Shown: piece after piece, positions 1-5,982 of the stretch
How positions within the stretch are numbered: position 1 is the first letter of the stretch
Layout: every line of letters starts with the position of its first letter
DNA from: Candidatus Iainarchaeum sp.
GTDB taxonomy: Archaea; Iainarchaeota; Iainarchaeia; Iainarchaeales; CSSED10-239
Direction of reading: 5' to 3'
Assembly: GCA_003559395.1 (NCBI GenBank)
Contig: PWLL01000083.1
Location: forward strand, 1-8,936
DNA length: 8,936 nt
The notes under the pieces: model-generated
What the model saw: the letters and a program-made list of their open reading frames with translations, nothing else
What the model was told of the DNA's origin: nothing
Databases searched by the model: none
Translations under genes and position numbers: made by a program

Positions 1-182
1 AATTAAGATTTAGTTTATTCATTTATTTCACCTACAATATAAGATTTATTTTTAAAAAAAATATATTTTTATAAACGTCTTCTATAATAATAACTATAAT
101 AACATATATAAACATATTTTTCTCTCTAAAAAACAAAATAAACTATTCTTTTATTCCAAACTTCAACTTTATCTTTTTTAAT

Positions 183-233
183 TTCTAAAAAAAACTTTCT
201 TAAAAAAAACCCTAAACAACTTCTTAAAAAAAA
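183..233 (+). repeat. Three spaced copies of TTCT(T)-A8 in the 5' noncoding region
   Basis: Read directly from the sequence: ttctaaaaaaaa at 183-194, ttcttaaaaaaaa at 197-209 and ttcttaaaaaaaa at 221-233. They lie just upstream of the TATA-like box at 242-249. Function is unknown; they could be A-tract bending elements, or T8 runs when read on the minus strand. Confidence 0.5.
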
Positions 234-241
234 TAATTACC

Positions 242-249
242 TTTAAATA
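242..249 (+). promoter_or_regulatory. TATA-box-like element (TTTAAATA) for the MBL-fold hydrolase gene
   Basis: The octamer TTTAAATA is centred about 27 nt upstream of the ATG at 273. That is the spacing expected for an archaeal TATA box to transcription start site, and it implies a leaderless mRNA. No Shine-Dalgarno-like purine motif lies in between. The AT-rich background makes a chance match possible. Confidence 0.45.
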
Positions 250-272
250 CAGTTTGTTACATATATATCTGT

Positions 273-956
273 ATGAGCCTCAAGATAAACTATCTTGGAC
301 ACAATTCGTTTATACTAAACATAAATAAAAAAAACATTCTCACGGATCCTTTCTTTGTAAAAAAAACACATAAAAAAAGACTAGTCCCTTGTTCAAACAA
401 AGTAAATGATTTACCAAAAATTGATACCATATTAATTAGCCACGAACATTTTGATAGCTTTGATATAAAAAACACAAACTACCTTGTTAAAGAACACAAT
501 CCAAAAGTAATTGCTCATCAAAGCGTTCTAAACAAAATAGATAGCTCTTTTATAAACAATGTGCCAATTCAAGAATATGAAACCAAAACAATAAACGATA
601 TTTGTTTTCATGCACACCCTGCTCATCACCCAACTTCTTTCTATCCTCTAAGCTACAAAATAACTTACAAAAACAAAAGCATATATTTTGCAGGAGACAC
701 TTTTCTTACAAGAGACCACGACAACTTATTTTCTGATGTTATGTTGTTGCCAATCGGTGGAAACAAAACCTTAGATCTAGTTTCTAGTTTAAAGATTGTT
801 AAAAAATCAAAACCAAAAGTAGTAATTCCTATGCACTACAACACTTTTGAAGATATCAAAGAAAATCCAGAAAAACTAAAACACAGATTAGACAAAGACA
901 GATACAAAACCAACCCAGTTATCTTAGATCCTGGAAGAAAATATAATGTTAGATAA
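273..956 (+). CDS. Metallo-beta-lactamase-fold metal-dependent hydrolase (COG2220/UPF0173-like), 227 aa
   Basis: The N-terminus KINYLGHNSFIL...ILTDPFF matches this family. Motif 2 reads ISHEHFDSFD, where the canonical form is HxHxDH. Later motifs are HAHPAHH, IYFAGDT and VIPMHYNTF, in the usual MBL order. The ORF is long for a stop-codon-rich AT genome. Confidence 0.8.
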   Translation: MSLKINYLGHNSFILNINKKNILTDPFFVKKTHKKRLVPCSNKVNDLPKIDTILISHEHFDSFDIKNTNYLVKEHNPKVIAHQSVLNKIDSSFINNVPIQEYETKTINDICFHAHPAHHPTSFYPLSYKITYKNKSIYFAGDTFLTRDHDNLFSDVMLLPIGGNKTLDLVSSLKIVKKSKPKVVIPMHYNTFEDIKENPEKLKHRLDKDRYKTNPVILDPGRKYNVR

Positions 957-1872
957 AACATTCAAAACAATAAACTTCTTCTTTAGGAATTTGTGTTTTT
1001 TTAAAATATTTTTTTGCTTCTTTTTCTACATCTTTTATTTCTTTATATCTTGAAGAAATGTGCGTAATAAAAAAGGTTTTAGGTCTTATTTGTTTTGCAA
1101 GCTCTGTTGCTTGTTTTGTTGTAAGATGCATAAATTTTTTTGCGTTTTCTTTGTGTTTTTCTAAAAAAGTGGATTCACAAACAAGAACGTCTAGATCTTC
1201 TAGCTTTTTAGGAATTTTTTTTAAGGGTGCTGTATCTAAAACATAAGCAAACTTAAACCCTTTTTTTTTGTATCTTTTATCTATCACTTGTTCTGGTTTT
1301 ATTTTTTTATTATCAACAAACACGTTTTTATTTTCTTGCAATCTAGAAAATAAAGGTCCTTCTGGAACTCCTAAAGAAAGTGCTTTTTTTTTATCAAATC
1401 TTCCAATCTTGTCTTTTATCTTAAAAACAAACCCATAAGCATCTATACTATGATTAAGTTTTATAGCAGAAACTTCAAGATCAGCAAAACAAAAACTTAA
1501 ATTTGAATCAACTTCTATGATCGATAGCTTAAACGGAAGATCATAGATTGTTAGCTTTAATATTTCTCTTAGTTTCTTTGCGTAGTTTTTTGCAATAAAT
1601 ATATGTAGCTCATCTTCTTTTTGGTTCATCTTCATAGTTGACAATAAACCAAACAATCCAAAAAAGTGGTCTCCATGAAAATGAGTAATAAATATTCCTT
1701 TTATCTTAGTAATGCTTATTTTCTTCTTCATCAACTGTTGTTGAACATTTTCAGGACAATCAAGAAGATAGTTTTTTCCATCATAGTTTATTGCTAAGGA
1801 GGATAGATTTCGATTTTTGGTTGGTGTACTTCCACAATTTCCTAAAAAATAAAATTTTATGTTATTTGACAT
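949..1872 (-). CDS. rnz: Ribonuclease Z (tRNA 3' endonuclease, short form), 307 aa
   Basis: The N-terminus is FLGNCGSTPTKNRNLSSLAI...LLDCPENVQQQL, which contains the PxKxRN loop. The HxHxDH motif HFHGDH is at 1666-1683 (minus strand). An exosite-like segment reads LGVPEGPLFSRLQ. C-terminal motifs are VLDT, LVCESTF and FITHISSRY. The length is typical of short-form RNase Z. Confidence 0.92.
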   Translation of the reverse strand: MSNNIKFYFLGNCGSTPTKNRNLSSLAINYDGKNYLLDCPENVQQQLMKKKISITKIKGIFITHFHGDHFFGLFGLLSTMKMNQKEDELHIFIAKNYAKKLREILKLTIYDLPFKLSIIEVDSNLSFCFADLEVSAIKLNHSIDAYGFVFKIKDKIGRFDKKKALSLGVPEGPLFSRLQENKNVFVDNKKIKPEQVIDKRYKKKGFKFAYVLDTAPLKKIPKKLEDLDVLVCESTFLEKHKENAKKFMHLTTKQATELAKQIRPKTFFITHISSRYKEIKDVEKEAKKYFKKTQIPKEEVYCFECFI

Positions 1873-1894
1873 AAATATACTTTATAGACAAACA

Positions 1895-1902
1895 TATTTT
1901 AA
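1895..1902 (-). promoter_or_regulatory. TATA-box-like element (TTAAAATA on minus strand) for rnz
   Basis: The reverse complement of 1895-1902 is TTAAAATA, centred about 26.5 nt upstream of the rnz ATG (1872-1870). It sits in the 108-nt divergent rnz/lonB intergenic region. Confidence 0.4.
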
Positions 1903-1950
1903 TGTTTTCTAGACTATATATTATTTGTAAAATAGATTATTTTGCTTATT

Positions 1951-1958
1951 TATATAAA
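1951..1958 (+). promoter_or_regulatory. TATA-box-like element (TATATAAA) for lonB
   Basis: TATATAAA is centred about 26.5 nt upstream of the ATG at 1981. A transcript starting near 1981 would exclude the GTG at 1972 that the ORF track used as the start. Confidence 0.45.
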
Positions 1959-1980
1959 ATTATAAAAAAAAGTGGTATAC

Positions 1981-3846
1981 ATGGTTAAAGAAATAAAAGA
2001 TATAGACTATAAAGATACAAGAGAAATCTTAGTTCCTAAAAAAACAATCGATCAAGTAATAGGACAAGACAACTCTATAAAGCTTATTAAAAAAGTAGCA
2101 ATTCAGAAAAGGCATGTTATGCTTGTTGGAGAACCAGGTACAGGAAAGTCAATGATTGCAGCTGCTCTTGCTAATGCTCTTCCAGTCTCTCAACTTAAAG
2201 ACATGTTATGTTATCCAAACAATAACGATTCACACAACCCAATAATAAAAGAAGTCAAAGCAGGAGAAGGAAAAAACATAGTAGAAGAATCAAATATATT
2301 GGCTGCAAAAGCAATGGGTGCAGGAAAGATATTTAGCTTTCTTTTACCTATGTTATGGTTGTTGTTAGCAATTGTTCTTTGGAGAATAAACTATATTTCT
2401 GATACTGTGTTTGGTGCCATGTTAATTGTTTCTGGATTTATTATGATTTCTGCTGCTTTAAGTTTTCAAATGATGCAAAAAAAGAAAGTACATACACCAA
2501 AAATATTAATTGATAACTCTAATAAAAAAAATGCACCTTTTGAAGATGCAACAGGCGCAAGAGCAGGAGCCTTGTTAGGAGATGTTCTTCACGATCCTCT
2601 TCAGTCAGGTGGTTTAGGCACTCCTCCTCATGCAAGAGTTATTCCTGGAATGATACACAAAGCAAACAATGGTGTTATTTTTATTGATGAGATTGCAACT
2701 CTTTCTTCAAAGTCTCAACAAGAACTACTAACCATCTTACAAGAAAAAAAATACAGTATAACTGGTCAAAGCGAACTTTCTTCTGGAGCAATGGTAAGAA
2801 CCACAAGAGCGCCTTGTGATTTTATTCTTGTTGCTGCTGGAAACTATAAAGATCTAGAACATGTACATCCTGCAATAAGGTCAAGGATAAGAGGTGCAGG
2901 ATATGAATGTTATATGAACGTTGATATGCCTGATAATGTAGAAAACAGAAACAAACTTGTACAATTTGTTGCTCAAGAGATTTTAAAAGATAAAAAAATT
3001 CCTCATTTTAAAAAAGAAGCAGTTGATGAAATAATCTTTGAGGCAAAAACCATGTCAACTAAGAAAAACTCATTAACTCTAAAGCTTAGAGAGCTTGGTG
3101 GTCTTGTAAGGGCTGCTGGTGATCTTGCTAAAGAAAGAAATAATAGTTTGGTTACAAGAAAAGACGTGATTGATGCAAAAAGTAACTCTAAGACTCTTGA
3201 AGAACAAATGGTTTCTAAGATGATGGTTATTAAGAAAGACTATGACATATATAAAACATCTGGAGCAGTTATTGGAAGAGTTAACGGTCTTGCAGTTATT
3301 AATGAAACAGCTGGTTTATTGTTACCAATCGAGTGTGAGATAACTCCTTCTCAATCAAAATCTTCAGGAAAAACGATCGCAACTGGTCAACTAGGTAAGA
3401 TTGCTAAAGAATCTGTTGAGAATGTTTCTGCAATTTTTAAAAAACTTACAGGCAAAGAAATAACCAACTATGACATCCATGTTCAGTTTTTACAAAGTCA
3501 CGGTGTTGAAGGCGATTCTGCTTCAATTTCTATTGCTACTGCAGTAATTTCTGTTTTTGAAAAGTTAGCTGTTAAACAGTCTGTAGCAATGACTGGTTCT
3601 TTATCTGTTAGAGGTGAAGTGCTTCCTGTTGGTGGTGTTACTGCAAAAGTAAATGCTGCTGCAAAAGCAAACATAAAGCAAGTAATTATTCCATATTCTA
3701 ACAAAGAGGATTTAGTTTTGTCTAAGGAAGTTTTAAAGAAAATAGAGATAATTCCTGTAAAAACAATATGGGACATTATTGACATTGTTTTTAAAGAGTC
3801 TAATAAAAAACAAGAACTACTTAAGAAAATTAAAAAGCTTAAGTAG
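1981..3846 (+). CDS. lonB: Archaeal membrane-bound Lon protease (LonB-type AAA+ protease), 621 aa from ATG 1981
   Basis: The N-terminal region IDQVIGQ...[15 protein letters not shown] contains the Walker A motif; Walker B is GVIFIDE. A two-helix hydrophobic insertion lies between Walker A and B ([18 protein letters not shown] / [21 protein letters not shown], about nt 2329-2466), which is the LonB hallmark. The protease domain reads [16 protein letters not shown]...[24 protein letters not shown]. Its Ser (3517-3519) and Lys (3646-3648) are 43 residues apart, as in characterised LonB Ser-Lys dyads. The track start at 1972 is a GTG, so the first ATG is preferred. Confidence 0.95.
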   Translation: MVKEIKDIDYKDTREILVPKKTIDQVIGQDNSIKLIKKVAIQKRHVMLVGEPGTGKSMIAAALANALPVSQLKDMLCYPNNNDSHNPIIKEVKAGEGKNIVEESNILAAKAMGAGKIFSFLLPMLWLLLAIVLWRINYISDTVFGAMLIVSGFIMISAALSFQMMQKKKVHTPKILIDNSNKKNAPFEDATGARAGALLGDVLHDPLQSGGLGTPPHARVIPGMIHKANNGVIFIDEIATLSSKSQQELLTILQEKKYSITGQSELSSGAMVRTTRAPCDFILVAAGNYKDLEHVHPAIRSRIRGAGYECYMNVDMPDNVENRNKLVQFVAQEILKDKKIPHFKKEAVDEIIFEAKTMSTKKNSLTLKLRELGGLVRAAGDLAKERNNSLVTRKDVIDAKSNSKTLEEQMVSKMMVIKKDYDIYKTSGAVIGRVNGLAVINETAGLLLPIECEITPSQSKSSGKTIATGQLGKIAKESVENVSAIFKKLTGKEITNYDIHVQFLQSHGVEGDSASISIATAVISVFEKLAVKQSVAMTGSLSVRGEVLPVGGVTAKVNAAAKANIKQVIIPYSNKEDLVLSKEVLKKIEIIPVKTIWDIIDIVFKESNKKQELLKKIKKLK

Positions 3847-3877
3847 TTTTTAAATTTATTTTAACTATGTTAAAAAA
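3847..3877. terminator. Bidirectional oligo-T termination region between convergent lonB and PCNA
   Basis: On the plus strand, TAG is followed directly by TTTTT, then TTT and TTTT. On the minus strand, TGA is followed directly by TTTTTT (reverse complement of 3872-3877). Archaeal intrinsic termination uses oligo-T tracts. The assignment is inferred and the AT-rich background weakens its specificity. Confidence 0.45.
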
Positions 3878-4591
3878 TCACAACAACATACTACTTAAAT
3901 AAAACTTAATATTAACATTCTCGTCCATAGAATAATCAACATACAACGGAGCATCTTCTGAAAACTTAATTTCTAGCTCAACGTCATTATCTATAGCCTT
4001 TGTTATGTTTTTTAAAAATGATAGAGAATATTTTGCAGAAAAGTTTTTACTTGCTTTTTTTAGAGTTTGAACTTTAGTTTTTATTTTTCCTCTTTCTCCA
4101 AAAGCTTCAATAATAAACTTATTATCTTCTATCTTAAACACAACTGTTGTTGCAACAAGATCAACATCTTTAATAATTTCTTTTAAAAGACCTGCTTTTA
4201 CTTTAAAAGAAGCATCATATTTTATTTCTGGCAGATTTATTTCTTGTTCTGACAAATCAATATATGGTAGATTAAAGTTTCTTTGTATATTTCCTTTCAA
4301 AGTTATATCTAGATGTAAGGGTTTAAGATCTAGGACTAGTTGATCTTTTTCAAAAGCTCTTGAGATCATTTGTTTTAGTTCTAGTATATTTATTCCAAAC
4401 ATATTTGGTTCAATAACATAGCTATCAAATCCTTTTTTTTTAAATGAAAAGTCAATTAATATTATTTGGGATTTATCTACTGCTTTTATGAAGATTCCTT
4501 CTTCTTTAAATCTAACGTTTGTTTCTTGTATCAACGGCGCAATTGTTTCAAGACTTTTTCTAAATAAAGACGTGTTTTTAGTTTTAATCAT
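3878..4591 (-). CDS. pcn: DNA polymerase sliding clamp (PCNA), 237 aa
   Basis: Length and layout are typical of archaeal PCNA. The N-terminus reads SLFRKSLETIAPLIQETNVRFKEEGIFIKAVDKSQIILIDF. An interdomain-connecting-loop-like segment reads LPYIDLSEQEINLPEIKYDASF. The second half shows a repeated beta-alpha-beta pattern (VVFKIEDNKFIIEAFGERG, AKYSLSFLKNITKA). It is divergently paired with the clamp-loader large subunit gene. Confidence 0.88.
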   Translation of the reverse strand: MIKTKNTSLFRKSLETIAPLIQETNVRFKEEGIFIKAVDKSQIILIDFSFKKKGFDSYVIEPNMFGINILELKQMISRAFEKDQLVLDLKPLHLDITLKGNIQRNFNLPYIDLSEQEINLPEIKYDASFKVKAGLLKEIIKDVDLVATTVVFKIEDNKFIIEAFGERGKIKTKVQTLKKASKNFSAKYSLSFLKNITKAIDNDVELEIKFSEDAPLYVDYSMDENVNIKFYLSSMLL

Positions 4592-4611
4592 ATTTTTTCA
4601 CATTAATAAAA

Positions 4612-4619
4612 TATTTATA
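4612..4619 (-). promoter_or_regulatory. TATA-box-like element (TATAAATA on minus strand) for PCNA
   Basis: The reverse complement of 4612-4619 is TATAAATA, spanning -28 to -21 relative to the PCNA ATG (4591-4589). It is embedded in an (AT)n stretch. Confidence 0.4.
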
Positions 4620-4704
4620 TATATATAATACCCAAATAGTTTTTAAATCTATTATTAATTTTATAAATTTCTGTTTTTTAAAAATTACAAGGAAAAAGAA
4701 ACAT

Positions 4705-4712
4705 TTTATTAA
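4705..4712 (+). promoter_or_regulatory. TATA-box-like element (TTTATTAA) for the RFC large subunit gene
   Basis: The element is centred about 27 nt upstream of the ATG at 4736. The alternative ATG at 4712 lies inside this element. Confidence 0.35.
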
Positions 4713-4735
4713 TGTTTTTTAACTACTATATATTT

Positions 4736-5980
4736 ATGAAAGATTTTTTTAACAAACATACTCCAAAAACACTAGAGGAAGTTGTGAGCAACAAAAGAGC
4801 TGTTCTGGAAATGAAAGCATGGGCAAGAAACTATAAAAACAATCCTTTATTTATCTCTGGTCCTCCTGGTGTAGGAAAAACCCTTTGTGCAAACCTTCTT
4901 GCAAAGGAGATGGGTTGGGAAACAGTAGATACTGATGCCACAGATGTAAGAAACAAAGATTCTATTCAAAATATAATGGCTGTTGCATCAACAACAAATA
5001 ATCTTTTTGGAAAAACAAGATTGTTGCTGATGGATGAAGTAGATGCTGTGATTGATAAGAGAGGGCAAGGAAAAGATAGTGGCTTCTTTAAAGAGTTTAC
5101 AAAAATAATCTCAAAAGCAACACAACCAATAATATTTATAGCAAACGACCCTTATAAAAACAAAAAAGCAAGACCCATCTATGAAAAGTCAACAAAAATA
5201 AAATTTGATAAACCAAACAAATTATCTATCCAAAAGTTTGTAAAAACTATTTGTGATCAAGAAAATATTGAATATGATGTTGTTTCTATAAAAGAACTTG
5301 TTGAAAATGCAGGAAACGATATAAGAGCAACTTTAAATGACCTATACACTCTTTCTTTAAACAAAAAAATAACTTTAGAAGATATAGAAGGCATAGGCGA
5401 TAGAAGAAAAGATGAAGATGTCTTTAAGGCTTTATCTAAGATATATCACACAAAAGACATCTATGAAACCAAAAACATACTACGAGAAACAAGTCTTGAT
5501 TATGATTCTTTATTCTTATGGCATGAAGAAAACATTCCTAGACAATATAAAAACCTAAACAATCTTAATGAGGCTCTTGACAACCTAAGCAAAGCAGATA
5601 TGTATTATGGAAGAATAAGAGGGAATAGATGGAATCTTCTAAAATATGTGATTGATTATCTTACAATTGGTGTTGGGTTTTCTAAAAAGGAAAGAGAGTT
5701 TGGTGGATATCAGCCTTTACAATTTCCTATAGTTTTAAGAAAACTTACAACAAAAGAAAGATATTTACAAAAAAGCATTACTCAAAAACTAACCAAATAT
5801 ATAAAGTGTTCTAAAAAAAAAATACAAGCAGATTTTTTACCAATAATAAAAACACTTATAAAACATGAAAAATATATTCCTGTTTTTGTTCTAAAATATG
5901 GCTTGGATGTTAATGAACTTAAATATCTTGGTGCAAAGATAACACCTAAACAATATGAAAAAATAATAAATAATGAATAG
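4736..5980 (+). CDS. rfcL: Replication factor C large subunit (clamp loader, AAA+), 414 aa from ATG 4736
   Basis: MKDFFNKHTPKTLEEVVSNK corresponds to the conserved archaeal RFC N-terminus (W-x-EKYRPK-x-L type) only when the start is 4736. Other motifs are Walker A GPPGVGKT, Walker B LLLMDEVD, sensor-1-like IIFIANDP and sensor-2-like GNDIRATLNDL. The eight extra residues from the track start at 4712 (MFFNYYIF) have no counterpart in the family. Confidence 0.88.
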   Translation: MKDFFNKHTPKTLEEVVSNKRAVLEMKAWARNYKNNPLFISGPPGVGKTLCANLLAKEMGWETVDTDATDVRNKDSIQNIMAVASTTNNLFGKTRLLLMDEVDAVIDKRGQGKDSGFFKEFTKIISKATQPIIFIANDPYKNKKARPIYEKSTKIKFDKPNKLSIQKFVKTICDQENIEYDVVSIKELVENAGNDIRATLNDLYTLSLNKKITLEDIEGIGDRRKDEDVFKALSKIYHTKDIYETKNILRETSLDYDSLFLWHEENIPRQYKNLNNLNEALDNLSKADMYYGRIRGNRWNLLKYVIDYLTIGVGFSKKEREFGGYQPLQFPIVLRKLTTKERYLQKSITQKLTKYIKCSKKKIQADFLPIIKTLIKHEKYIPVFVLKYGLDVNELKYLGAKITPKQYEKIINNE

Positions 5981-5982
5981 TT

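Noticed and set aside
1-22. Possible minus-strand gene start (ATG at 22-20 reading MNKLNLN... off the left edge)
   Set aside because: Only 7 codons are visible, so it cannot be told apart from chance in AT-rich DNA.
1-272. Replication origin, suggested by the AT-rich repeats and the nearby replication genes
   Set aside because: There is no recognisable ORB or mini-ORB inverted repeat and no adjacent orc1/cdc6 gene. The whole genome is AT-rich, so the AT content is not discriminating.
290-475. 61-aa minus-strand ORF inside the MBL hydrolase gene
   Set aside because: It is entirely antisense to a well-supported CDS. Its composition is the low-complexity Phe/Leu/Ser mirror of a Lys/Asn-rich gene, and it has no motifs.
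1058-1246. 62-aa plus-strand ORF inside rnz
   Set aside because: It is antisense to RNase Z, and its Cys/Phe/Ser-rich sequence is the mirror of the real frame. It is most likely a frame artefact.
1972-1980. GTG start for lonB as given in the ORF track
   Set aside because: The first ATG (1981) is 9 nt downstream and sits at the predicted transcription start site of the TATATAAA box. The extra MVY residues have no family counterpart. The alternative remains possible.
3498-3785. 95-aa minus-strand ORF inside lonB
   Set aside because: It lies antisense to the most conserved part of the Lon protease domain. Locally higher GC reduces the number of stops on the opposite strand, and nothing independently supports it as coding.
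4712-4735. ATG 4712 as the rfcL start
   Set aside because: This ATG lies within the putative TATA element, and the added MFFNYYIF extension has no counterpart in RFC large subunits. The conserved N-terminal motif aligns from ATG 4736.
1261-5822. A9-A10 / T9 homopolymer runs inside essential genes (1261-1269 and 1384-1392 in rnz, 4433-4441 in PCNA, 5813-5822 in rfcL) as possible phase-variation or frameshift sites
   Set aside because: Each run simply encodes Lys-Lys-Lys in frame in a Lys-rich, AT-biased proteome. The reading frames are intact, and essential housekeeping genes are unlikely targets for phase variation. The runs are still worth remembering as hotspots for sequencing errors.
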